DNA of 64,000 bases. Source: Chloroflexota bacterium (GTDB taxonomy: Bacteria; Chloroflexota; UBA6077; FW602-bin22; JACPRP01). The stretch spans positions 7,171 to 71,170 of the forward strand of contig JACPRP010000019.1 of NCBI GenBank assembly GCA_016189905.1. Direction: 5' to 3'. The translations under genes were made by a program, and so were the position numbers. Positions 29,707-38,896 of this stretch are shown here, piece by piece (position 1 is the first letter of the stretch; the number at the start of each line of letters is the position of its first letter). The notes beneath the pieces are model-generated. The model saw only the letters and a list, made by a program, of their open reading frames with translations, made no database searches and was not told the DNA's origin.

Positions 29707-31463
29707 GCAGGATCAGACTTGTAGAAACCGCGCTGCGGGACGGACATCAGTCTCTCCTTGCCACGCGCATGCGCACACGGGACATGCTCCCCGTTCTCGA
29801 AAGGCTGGATCTCGTGGGGTACTACTCCCTCGAAGTCTGGGGTGGCGCTACCTTCGACTCGTGCATTCGCTTTCTCAATGAGGACCCCTGGGAGCGGCTC
29901 CGGGAAATAAGGAAGCACATCACGCACACGCCCCTACAGATGCTGTTGCGCGGCCAGAATCTCGTGGGGTACCGGCATTATGCCGACGACATCGTCGAGA
30001 GGTTTATCTGCAGAGCAGTTGAAAATGGCATCGACATATTCCGGGTCTTCGATGCGTTGAACGATCTTAGGAACATGGAACTGTCCATCAAGATTATAAA
30101 GCGCGAGGGGGTGCACGCGCAGGGTACCATTTGCTACACGGTCAGCCCGGTGCATTCAGTAGAGCGATTCGCGGAAATGGCCAAGCATTTCGACGAGCTC
30201 GGCTGCGATTCCATCTGCATCAAGGACATGGCAGGGCTCATATCACCACACAGTGCCCGTGACCTCATCAGGGCGATCAAGAAGGTTACGTGCCTTCCCG
30301 TCGACCTGCACTGTCACTGCACTAGCGGCGTAGCGCCGATGAGCTACTTCGCGGCCTGTGCCGCTGGAGTTTCGGTGCTGGATACGGCGATTTCGCCCTT
30401 CAGTGGCGGGAGCTCACAGCCTCCAACAGAGAGCATTGTCGCGGCCCTGCAAGACACGGCATTTGACACGGGGCTGAACCTGGAATTGCTGTTTGAGATA
30501 AAGCGATACTTCGAGAGCCTGCGTGACAAATACGGCTCTCTGCTGGATCCTATCGCCGAACGCACAGACGCTGGCGTCTTTACGCACCAGATACCAGGCG
30601 GCATGCTTTCCAACCTGGTCTCCCAGCTCAAGCAGCAAAACGCGCTCGACAAGTACGATGAAGTGATCCGTGAGCTGCCCCGGGTTCGCGCCGAAATGGG
30701 CTATCCACCCCTGGTTACGCCGACAAGCCAGATAGTCGGCACCCAGGCCGTCTTTAACGTGCTGAGTGGCGAACGCTACAAGATGGTGTCCCGAGAGGTC
30801 AAAGATTATTTCAAAGGCCTTTACGGGCGGCCCCCCGCGCCATTCGATAACAACATCAAGAAGATGGTAATTGGCGACGAGGAGCCAATCACCACGCGTC
30901 CCGCCGACTCTATTCCGCCACAATTGGCCATTCTGCGAGCCGAGGCCACCGAGCTGGGCATCATGCGCAGCGAGGAGGATTTGCTAACCTACGCGCTTTA
31001 TCCAGACATCGCGGTCCGGTTCTTGCGTGGAGAATCGAAAGAGGAAGAGATCAAGCCGGCGCGGGTGGAAAGCAAACCACCTGTGGTCGAGGCACCGGTC
31101 AGCGCCAGGCTCTTTGAAGTCGATGTGGATGGCGAGGTTTACCGCGTCAAAGTGACACCAGCCGGCGAGGCGGAGATAGCCAACAGGCTGGAAGGCGCTC
31201 CCAAGCGCCCCAACGGACGGATCAAAGGCGGAGTCGTCTCTCCGATGCAGGGCGTCATCATCAAGCTGAAGGGCCACCTTGGACAGTGGGTACACAAAGG
31301 AGATTTGCTCGCCATTCTCGAGGCGATGAAGATGCAGAACAACATCGTCGCGCAAGAGGCCGGCGTCATATCGGAGATCTTCGTGGCGGAAGGTGAAACC
31401 GTCATCGCCAATGATGTGCTGATGGTCATCGGACCCGACGAGCGGAAAGCGACGCCCAGCTAG
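29703..31463 (+). CDS. pycB: Carboxyltransferase plus biotinyl-carrier subunit (pyruvate carboxylase subunit B / oxaloacetate decarboxylase alpha family)
   Basis: ETALRDGHQSLLATRM and IKDMAGL motifs, and a C-terminal biotinylation motif EAMKMQN. Confidence 0.85.
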   Translation: MSRIRLVETALRDGHQSLLATRMRTRDMLPVLERLDLVGYYSLEVWGGATFDSCIRFLNEDPWERLREIRKHITHTPLQMLLRGQNLVGYRHYADDIVERFICRAVENGIDIFRVFDALNDLRNMELSIKIIKREGVHAQGTICYTVSPVHSVERFAEMAKHFDELGCDSICIKDMAGLISPHSARDLIRAIKKVTCLPVDLHCHCTSGVAPMSYFAACAAGVSVLDTAISPFSGGSSQPPTESIVAALQDTAFDTGLNLELLFEIKRYFESLRDKYGSLLDPIAERTDAGVFTHQIPGGMLSNLVSQLKQQNALDKYDEVIRELPRVRAEMGYPPLVTPTSQIVGTQAVFNVLSGERYKMVSREVKDYFKGLYGRPPAPFDNNIKKMVIGDEEPITTRPADSIPPQLAILRAEATELGIMRSEEDLLTYALYPDIAVRFLRGESKEEEIKPARVESKPPVVEAPVSARLFEVDVDGEVYRVKVTPAGEAEIANRLEGAPKRPNGRIKGGVVSPMQGVIIKLKGHLGQWVHKGDLLAILEAMKMQNNIVAQEAGVISEIFVAEGETVIANDVLMVIGPDERKATPS

Positions 31464-31577
31464 CGTGGCGCCTCGATCGATCGAGGCATCATAAGGCCTG
31501 CTCTCGTGATGAACGATCGGTCCAGGGCGTTGTCGATTACGCCCCCCTGGACTCTGAATTAGCGAAAGGGGAAGACA

Positions 31578-33053
31578 ATGTTTCGGAAGGTGCTGGTCGC
31601 CAACCGAGGAGAAATAGCGGTACGAGTGATGCGCGCGTGCCGGGAGCTTGGGATTCATACCGTCGCGGCCTACTCTGAGGCCGATAAGCGGGCCTTTTTC
31701 GCCCTCTACGCCGACGAAGCCTATTACCTAGGCCCCGCCCCGGCGAAGGACAGCTATCTAAACATCGACAAGGTGATCCAGGTCGCCAAGATGTCGGGGG
31801 CGGACGCCATCCATCCTGGCTACGGTTTCCTGGCAGAGAATCCCGAGTTCGCTCGCGCCTGCGAGCGCGAGCACATCGTTTTCATCGGACCACGGTCCCA
31901 GACAATCGAGGCGATGGGAAGCAAAATCCGCGCCCGGGAAATAATGGCTGATGCTGGCGTGCCCATCGTCCCAGGGACCGGCGCGATCTCAGACCCGATG
32001 GAGGCCGCCAACGCGGCGAGAGATATCGGCTATCCCGTGCTCGTGAAGGCATCAGCGGGTGGCGGCGGCATCGGCATGAGGGTGGTAGAGAACAGGCGAG
32101 AGCTGCGACAGGCTATCGAACAGGCGCAATCGACGGCAAGGTCCGCTTTTGCCGAGCCTACCGTGTACATCGAGAAATATGTGCCACACCCGCGCCACAT
32201 CGAGTTCCAGATTCTCGGCGACGATTATGGCAAGATAGTGCACCTGGGAGAACGTGAGTGCTCGATTCAGCGCCGACACCAAAAGGTCATCGAAGAGGCA
32301 CCCTCGCCAATCATGACGACGGAGCTGCGCGATAAGATGGCGGCCGCGGCCTTGAAAGCGGCACGAGCGGTCGATTACGTCAATGCTGGCACCGTGGAGT
32401 TCATTTATTCCGAAGGTAACTTCTACTTCCTGGAGATGAACACGCGTCTCCAGGTGGAACACGCCATCACCGAGATTCTCACTGGGATCGATCTGGTACA
32501 GGCGCAGATAAGGATAGCTGCCGGCGACCGACTCGGCCTGCGACAGGAAGAGATTCAGCAGAACGGCTGGGCGCTCGAATGCCGGGTTTGCGCGGAAGAC
32601 CCGCTGGCGAATTTCACGCCCACCCCTGGCACGATCAGAGGCTATCGCTCGCCAGGTGGCATTGGCGTGCGCGTCGACAGCGGTATCCATATGGGCTACC
32701 CCATCCCACCGTACTATGACTCCCTAATCTCTAAGCTCGTGGTTTACGGCCGCAATCGCAATGAGGTGCTCGAACGAACGAGGCGCGCGCTGTTTGAATA
32801 TGTCATCCTGGGCGTGGTGACGAACATTCCATTCCTTAAGGCTGTGATCGAGAACGAGGACTTTCGGCTAGGCAACATCTCAACGCATTTCATCGGCGAA
32901 CACCCCGAACTGTTCGCCGATGTCGAGCGGATAGTTAACGAGCGGTCCTTGGGCGGCATATTTGCCGCACTCAGAAGCAACCAATCCACGGCAGCCGCAT
33001 CGGCTGCCGTGTCGGCGTTTCTCGCAGTGGAAGAAAAAGCGCAGAAAGTGTAA
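31578..33053 (+). CDS. pycA: Biotin carboxylase subunit (pyruvate carboxylase subunit A / AccC family)
   Basis: [21 protein letters not shown]-grasp motifs, and [10 protein letters not shown]. Confidence 0.9.
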   Translation: MFRKVLVANRGEIAVRVMRACRELGIHTVAAYSEADKRAFFALYADEAYYLGPAPAKDSYLNIDKVIQVAKMSGADAIHPGYGFLAENPEFARACEREHIVFIGPRSQTIEAMGSKIRAREIMADAGVPIVPGTGAISDPMEAANAARDIGYPVLVKASAGGGGIGMRVVENRRELRQAIEQAQSTARSAFAEPTVYIEKYVPHPRHIEFQILGDDYGKIVHLGERECSIQRRHQKVIEEAPSPIMTTELRDKMAAAALKAARAVDYVNAGTVEFIYSEGNFYFLEMNTRLQVEHAITEILTGIDLVQAQIRIAAGDRLGLRQEEIQQNGWALECRVCAEDPLANFTPTPGTIRGYRSPGGIGVRVDSGIHMGYPIPPYYDSLISKLVVYGRNRNEVLERTRRALFEYVILGVVTNIPFLKAVIENEDFRLGNISTHFIGEHPELFADVERIVNERSLGGIFAALRSNQSTAAASAAVSAFLAVEEKAQKV

Positions 33054-33060
33054 AGTGGAG

Positions 33061-34149
33061 ATGACAACACACGATATTACTTTGATACCTGGCGACGGCA
33101 TAGGTCCCGAAATCACCGATGCGACACGGCGTGTCCTCGAGGCCACCGGCGTTTGCTTCAACTGGGATATCCAAGAAGCTGGCGAAAAGATGATCGACCG
33201 CTATGGCACACCACTGCCAGACCACGTGATGGAATCCATCACCAGAAACAAGGTTGCCCTTAAAGGCCCCATCACCACACCGGTCGGATCCGGCTTTCGC
33301 AGCGTGAACGTCACGCTGCGCCAGACGCTAGATCTATACGCGAATTTGCGCCCTGCCAAGACCTATCTGGGGGTGCGTACGCGCTTCGAAAATGTGGATA
33401 TCATCATCGTCCGCGAGAACACCGAGGACCTCTATTCGGGGATCGAGTTTCAATACGGAACGCAAGAGCTGGGCGAGTTGGCGGATTGCATACAGAAGCT
33501 CAACGGACAGGTGATTCCCGAGGGCTCGGCAATCAGCATAAAGTCCATCTCGCGGAAAGCCTCACAGCGAGTGGCTCGATTTGCGTTCGAATACGCGAGG
33601 GCTAACGGCAGAAAGAAAGTGACCGCCGTACATAAAGCCAACATCATGAAGTTCTCTGATGGACTATTCCTCGCCTCGGCAGTTGAAGTTGCCAAAGAGT
33701 ACCCCGATATCACATTCGAGGATCGCATCGTGGACAATATGGCGATGCAGCTCGTTCAGAAGCCAGAGGCATATGACGTTCTGGTGCTGCCTAACCTGTA
33801 CGGAGACATAATCTCGGATCTTTGCGCCGGGCTGGTCGGCGGGCTTGGCCTGGCCCCGGGGGCCAATATTGGCAGCGAAATGGCGGTTTTCGAGCCTGTT
33901 CACGGCAGCGTTCCGAAGTATGCTGGAAAGAACAAGGCGAATCCGATGGCGATGATGTTCTCCGGTGTTATGATGTTGCGGCACCTCGGCGAACGAGAGG
34001 CGGCGGATCAACTTGACCGCGCCATCGCCGCGGTAATCGCCGACGGCAGGCTGGTAACTTATGACCTCAAGGGCAATCCAGACGACCCGACGGCGGTTGG
34101 CACTTCCGCGACGGCCGACGCCGTCATCGATAAGCTGAACTCAATTTGA
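33061..34149 (+). CDS. icd: Isocitrate dehydrogenase of the NAD-IDH/isopropylmalate dehydrogenase family
   Basis: [40 protein letters not shown] and [13 protein letters not shown] 33061 behind GTGGAG. Confidence 0.8.
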   Translation: MTTHDITLIPGDGIGPEITDATRRVLEATGVCFNWDIQEAGEKMIDRYGTPLPDHVMESITRNKVALKGPITTPVGSGFRSVNVTLRQTLDLYANLRPAKTYLGVRTRFENVDIIIVRENTEDLYSGIEFQYGTQELGELADCIQKLNGQVIPEGSAISIKSISRKASQRVARFAFEYARANGRKKVTAVHKANIMKFSDGLFLASAVEVAKEYPDITFEDRIVDNMAMQLVQKPEAYDVLVLPNLYGDIISDLCAGLVGGLGLAPGANIGSEMAVFEPVHGSVPKYAGKNKANPMAMMFSGVMMLRHLGEREAADQLDRAIAAVIADGRLVTYDLKGNPDDPTAVGTSATADAVIDKLNSI

Positions 34150-34174
34150 CACGTGTGTGGCTATTGTCTATAAT
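34146..34174 (+). promoter_or_regulatory. Perfect consensus promoter TTGACA-17-TATAAT upstream of secD
   Basis: TTGACA at 34146-34151 overlaps the icd stop codon. TATAAT is at 34169-34174. It predicts a ~190-nt leader before the secD GTG at 34368. Confidence 0.7.
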
Positions 34175-34367
34175 CAACCTTGCTGATGAAGATGGCCTCA
34201 GTTGACGAGGGCAAATCGATCAGCAGGCTGGTGAATTCGCAAGGGCATCTTACCCGAGCAAGGGGACGGTGCCCTAATTCGTGCTTGTTCACTGGCCCTC
34301 GTTAGTCTGGCTACACTGAAGCAGTTAATTGACGATCATTCCCTTACGGTTGTGGGAGGATTGGCCC

Positions 34368-35981
34368 GTGCGACATAAGCATCTACGGCTGTTGATCGGC
34401 ATTGTTATCCTGGCGCTGGTCGCCGTGTGGATAAACCTACCCGATAACCCTGGCATTCACGTGAACATCGGTGGATTGAAGATCGATCGCGACATCAAAG
34501 TTGTCCAGGGGCTCGACCTCCAAGGGGGAATGCAGGTGACACTTGAAGCTGACACACCCCCCGGGCAACCCGTCGACGCCAGCGCGATGCAAGCCGCGAA
34601 ATCGATTGTCGAGAATCGTATCAATGGGCTGGGCGTTTCTGAGCCGTTGATTCAGATGCAAGGGGACAATAGAATCATCGTCGAGTTGCCCGGTATCAAA
34701 GATCCTGACGGGGCGATCAAGACTTTCGGCAAGACTGGATTGCTCGAATTCATCGACGCCGGCATCACAAGCTTACCTAGCGGAACGCTGGTCACGACCG
34801 ATCTTGGAGGACCGGATAGCGTAGGTCAAACCACCCCGAGCCCGTCTGAGGCCGCACCTGGCAGCGCACAGCCGACGCCGACGGCTTCGCCAACGCCAAC
34901 TACATCCGATCAAACGAACCCATCTCAGCAGCCCTCGGCAACGGAGTCTACGACTGGCACGGTAGCGACGCCCGTCACTCCCTCAACCAAAGTCTACAAG
35001 ACGCTAATGACGGGCAAGAACCTGAAGAGCGCTGAAGTAGGCTTCGATGAATTCAACCGCATCGAGATCAATTTCGAGCTGACCGACGAAGGCGCTAAGA
35101 TCTTCAGCGACTGGACCAGGGCCAACGTCGGCAAGTATATGGCCATCACGATGGACAAGCAGGTCATTTCGAGCCCAGTCATAAAGGAAGTGATTCCTGG
35201 GCCAAGGGTTTCGATATCGAATCCAGAGGCCGGGGGAATCCCGATCGACGAAGCCAGGCAGGTCGTCATTCAGTTGAAGTACGGCGCCCTGCCGATTCCG
35301 TTGAAGGTCATCGCCAACCGAACCGTGGGACCAACGCTAGGGCTTGATTCTATCAACAAGAGCTTTGCCGCCGGCGCCATCGGGCTGTCGATAGTGGCGC
35401 TGTTTATGCTCGTCTACTATCGGATGCCGGGCTTGCTGGCCAATATCGCCCTGGTGATTTACGCCGGCGTGGTGTTCGCCCTGTTCAAGCTGATCCCGGT
35501 GACGCTGACGCTCGCGGGCATCGCCGGATTTATCTTATCGATTGGCATGGCGGTGGACGCGAACATATTGATCTTCGAACGGATGAAGGAAGAGCTGCGT
35601 ACCGGTAAGACACTTGGCGCAGCCATCGACGCGGGCTTCGCCCGAGCCTGGACGTCGATCCGCGACTCGAACATCTCGACGCTGATCACCTGCGCCATTC
35701 TGTTCTGGTTCGGATCGAATTTTGGGGCAAGCATTATTAAGGGATTTGCATTGACGCTGGCTATCGGTGTGGTGATCAGCATGTTCACGGCGATCACGGT
35801 GACGCGAACGTTCTTGAAAACGGCGCAGATGGTCTGGTTCTCTGATCCAAACGCGATGTCGAGCCCGAGACTGCGGTGGCTGTTCGATCTCTCGGGGGCC
35901 AGAAGGTACAACCCGATAGTAGACGGACAGCAAAATAAGTCTTTGGCGTCGCCGAGCGTAGCTGAGCAGCCATCGAAGTAG
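34368..35981 (+). CDS. secD: Protein translocase subunit SecD (with Pro/Thr/Ser-rich insertion)
   Basis: GTG 34368 behind GGGAGGA. Conserved SecD periplasmic and TM regions (GLDLQGG, LKYGALP). The low-complexity segment is at about 34810-34990. Confidence 0.9.
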   Translation: MRHKHLRLLIGIVILALVAVWINLPDNPGIHVNIGGLKIDRDIKVVQGLDLQGGMQVTLEADTPPGQPVDASAMQAAKSIVENRINGLGVSEPLIQMQGDNRIIVELPGIKDPDGAIKTFGKTGLLEFIDAGITSLPSGTLVTTDLGGPDSVGQTTPSPSEAAPGSAQPTPTASPTPTTSDQTNPSQQPSATESTTGTVATPVTPSTKVYKTLMTGKNLKSAEVGFDEFNRIEINFELTDEGAKIFSDWTRANVGKYMAITMDKQVISSPVIKEVIPGPRVSISNPEAGGIPIDEARQVVIQLKYGALPIPLKVIANRTVGPTLGLDSINKSFAAGAIGLSIVALFMLVYYRMPGLLANIALVIYAGVVFALFKLIPVTLTLAGIAGFILSIGMAVDANILIFERMKEELRTGKTLGAAIDAGFARAWTSIRDSNISTLITCAILFWFGSNFGASIIKGFALTLAIGVVISMFTAITVTRTFLKTAQMVWFSDPNAMSSPRLRWLFDLSGARRYNPIVDGQQNKSLASPSVAEQPSK

Positions 35982-35997
35982 TTAAGAGGGAAGCGCC

Positions 35998-36927
35998 TTG
36001 GCAGCCGAAGTGGTGACGGCAAGAGGCGGGCGCGAGAAGCCAATAGTAGTATATGTGCTTCTGACGCTCGCCTCAGCACTATGGGCGGGCAATATCGTCG
36101 CCAGCAAGCTGGCGGAGGCTGTTATCCCCACATTCACCCTCGCGGCGCTGCGCTTCGTCTTGATGGCGATGTGTCTGGTAGCCTTCTTACGCTGGAAGGA
36201 TGGGGGCAAATCGAGGATAAAAGGACGGGATTACCTTCCGTTCACCATCCTCGGGCTAACTGGAGTAGTGGGCTTCTTCATCTTATTTCTGCTGGCGCTG
36301 CGGTATGCGCCGGCGGCCGATGGAGCCCTGTTCATAGGCCTGAGCCCGCTGTTGTCGTCGATACTGGCAATATTCATCGCCGGCGAGGTGATGACCTGGT
36401 ACAAAGGGATCGGGTTGACCGTATCGCTTTTCGGCGTGGCCCTGGTCATCGGTATCGGAAACGCGGCGGACGGCTATGGCGGCACACGTATTCTCGGCGA
36501 CCTGGCTTTTCTGGGAGCCGTGATTTCCTGGGCGGTATACACTGCATACGGCAGGGCCGTGATGCGGCGATTCTCGGCCTTGAGCACGACAACGTACTCC
36601 ACAGCGCTGGCGCTAATCGTCCTGATTCCGCTGGCGGCGGTGGAAAGCTCGGGACAGGCGAATTGGATCGGCGCGATGTCCATTTATTCCTGGGCGCTGG
36701 TCATTTATATGTCGATATTCGCCGGATTCGTCGCCTTCGTCTGTTGGAACGAAGGGGTCAGGCAAATCGGGCCGTCACGCGCGGGCGGGTTCTATAATTT
36801 GATACCCGTGTTCGGGCTACTATTTGCCTCGGTCCTGCTAAACGAGCCAGTCGGACCAATCCACGCCGTTGGCGCAGGATTCGTGATCCTGGGTGCGTGG
36901 CTGACAAACCGACGCGCAGGACTGTAG
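35998..36927 (+). CDS. EamA/DMT-family permease
   Basis: 309 aa with ten predicted hydrophobic helices in a two-repeat EamA-like layout. Confidence 0.75.
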   Translation: MAAEVVTARGGREKPIVVYVLLTLASALWAGNIVASKLAEAVIPTFTLAALRFVLMAMCLVAFLRWKDGGKSRIKGRDYLPFTILGLTGVVGFFILFLLALRYAPAADGALFIGLSPLLSSILAIFIAGEVMTWYKGIGLTVSLFGVALVIGIGNAADGYGGTRILGDLAFLGAVISWAVYTAYGRAVMRRFSALSTTTYSTALALIVLIPLAAVESSGQANWIGAMSIYSWALVIYMSIFAGFVAFVCWNEGVRQIGPSRAGGFYNLIPVFGLLFASVLLNEPVGPIHAVGAGFVILGAWLTNRRAGL

Positions 36928-36946
36928 CAGCCGAGGGGAGGTTTTA

Positions 36947-37870
36947 ATGCTGGATATTATTGGTAAGAGATACTGGTACTTGCTTGCCTCAGCGATCGTC
37001 ATCATTCCGGGGCTGGTTTCGCTGCTCATGGCGCCGGGGCTGAAGCTAGGAGTCGACTTCACAGGCGGAACGCTGTGGGAGATGAAGTTCAATACCCCGG
37101 TGCAGACTGCCGAAATGAAGGAAGTATTCGCCCAGTACGATCTTGGCGACACGATTGTCCAGACAGCAGGGGATAATGCACTTCTGGTGCGCTCCAAGGA
37201 GATCAAGTCGGACTCGGAGCAGAAGGCGAGCATCGAGAGCGCGGTGCGTGAGAAGTTCGGCAACTTCGAAGAGCTGCGATTCGAATCGGTTGGGCCGTCA
37301 GTCGGACAGGAGGTCGCCCAGCAAGCCATATGGGCGGTAGTATTTGCTTCCGTCGGCATTCTCCTTTATATCAGTTGGGCTTTCCGCAAGGTGCCATCGC
37401 CGTTTCGCTATGGGGCTTGCGCCATCATCGCCGTGCTTCACGACGCCTTCCTGGTGCTAGGCATATTCTCTATCTTGGGCAAGCTGTTCAATATAGAGAT
37501 CGACGCCCTGTTCGTGACGGCTGTGCTGACCGTAATCGGTTTCTCGGTTCACGACACCAACGTCGTCTTCGACCGCGTCCGCGAGAATATGGGCAAGCGC
37601 ACTGGGGAGCCATTTGAAGTTGTGGTGAACCACAGTTTGCTGCAGACGCTGGGCAGGTCTTTCAACACGTCGCTGACGACTGCTTTCACGTTGACGGCGC
37701 TGATGCTGTTCGGTGGGGTTACGACCAAGAACTTCGTTGCCGCGATGTTGATCGGCATCGTCAGTGGAACATATTCGTCCATCTTCAATGCCAGTATGCT
37801 CCTAGTCATGTGGGAAAACGGCGAGATCGGCGGCTTCTTGCGGAGGCTGGTGCCGGGACGGGCGAGCTAG
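36947..37870 (+). CDS. secF: Protein translocase subunit SecF
   Basis: LGVDFTGGT, IHDAF-like VLHDAFLVLG and RSFNTSLTT motifs. Confidence 0.9.
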   Translation: MLDIIGKRYWYLLASAIVIIPGLVSLLMAPGLKLGVDFTGGTLWEMKFNTPVQTAEMKEVFAQYDLGDTIVQTAGDNALLVRSKEIKSDSEQKASIESAVREKFGNFEELRFESVGPSVGQEVAQQAIWAVVFASVGILLYISWAFRKVPSPFRYGACAIIAVLHDAFLVLGIFSILGKLFNIEIDALFVTAVLTVIGFSVHDTNVVFDRVRENMGKRTGEPFEVVVNHSLLQTLGRSFNTSLTTAFTLTALMLFGGVTTKNFVAAMLIGIVSGTYSSIFNASMLLVMWENGEIGGFLRRLVPGRAS

Positions 37871-37895
37871 AGTTACGCGAGATTCTGTAGAGTTT

Positions 37896-37977
37896 GTGAG
37901 GGCGCCCAGCCGGTCGCCCTCACTTATGTGAGTGCCATTTACTCAGACCGCCTCGGTCTTCGAGACCGAGGCGGTCT
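37896..37977 (+). terminator. Two consecutive GC-rich hairpins downstream of secF (terminator-like/REP-like)
   Basis: GTGAGGGCG-10 nt-CGCCCTCAC (37896-37923) and AGACCGCCTCGGTCT-TCG-AGACCGAGGCGGTCT (37945-37977). There is no U-tract. Confidence 0.45.
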
Positions 37978-38037
37978 TAACACAGACGGCACGAGATTCC
38001 TCGCCATTACGCGCATCGGATTTACTCGTGCCATAGA

Positions 38038-38733
38038 CTAGTAGTGAATCACTACCGTCGTCCCATAGTCGGCGAAATCCCAGAAGAAGGCGGCGTCCCC
38101 ATAGCGCATACCCACACAGCCGTGGCTTGTAGGAGTGCTGCCGAAGACGTAGTCGGGCTGCCAGTAGTTGTAGTGGAGTGCGTAGCCTCCACCGGCGAAG
38201 TACTGGGTGAACAACACGTTATCCTGGAAGTACGAGTCACCAGGTTCGTTCGAGACCATGGTCTCGTTGTAGACTCGGCTGAATATCGTGAAGGTGCCGG
38301 TTGGCGTCTCGTCGCCGGGTTTGCCCGTCGTGACGTACGCCGTGTAAACTGGCTCGCCGTCGATGTAGGCGGTCGCCGTCTGGGCGCTCAGATTGACGTC
38401 GATCCAGTGTCCCGAACCCTCTATTGCACCACCGCCACTGCTCCCTTGTGTTTCCCCAATGTAGGCGCTAGTAGCATAGCCACCGGATGCGAGCTGGTAC
38501 CAGGTGCTTGTGCCAGCAGCGAAATCGCCAGTCACCTGGTCAACCACTGTCACCTGTTCACCGAAATACAGGACGTCGATGATGTCTGCTCCAGCGCTCG
38601 GCGCGGCGCGCACATTGACGGCATCCGTGGTGACGTAGCCGGTCCAGCTTACCGCTTCCACGGTGCTGGCACTAAACAGCATAGGTCCGAAGACAAGTAA
38701 AGCCAAACAGAAAGCTGATAGTATCCTCTTCAT
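38038..38733 (-). CDS. L,D-transpeptidase (YkuD domain) with N-terminal SH3b-like domain
   Basis: Signal peptide, SH3-like VNVRAAPS, and the catalytic HGCVGM motif. The ATG at 38733 has a GAGGTG RBS; the ORF extends to 38739. Confidence 0.85.
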   Translation of the reverse strand: MKRILSAFCLALLVFGPMLFSASTVEAVSWTGYVTTDAVNVRAAPSAGADIIDVLYFGEQVTVVDQVTGDFAAGTSTWYQLASGGYATSAYIGETQGSSGGGAIEGSGHWIDVNLSAQTATAYIDGEPVYTAYVTTGKPGDETPTGTFTIFSRVYNETMVSNEPGDSYFQDNVLFTQYFAGGGYALHYNYWQPDYVFGSTPTSHGCVGMRYGDAAFFWDFADYGTTVVIHY

Positions 38734-38896
38734 GAACAATCACCTCACTTTCGCCACATTCAAAAAGGGCGTTAGCTTCGGTCCAGCCGAAGAACGCAAT
38801 CCACCGTGATGGAAGACCAGCGCGGATGCTTCGCGCGACCACCACCGTTTGGTACTTGTCGAATATCGCTCTTTACTTGCTTGCTTGTCGAGTTTA

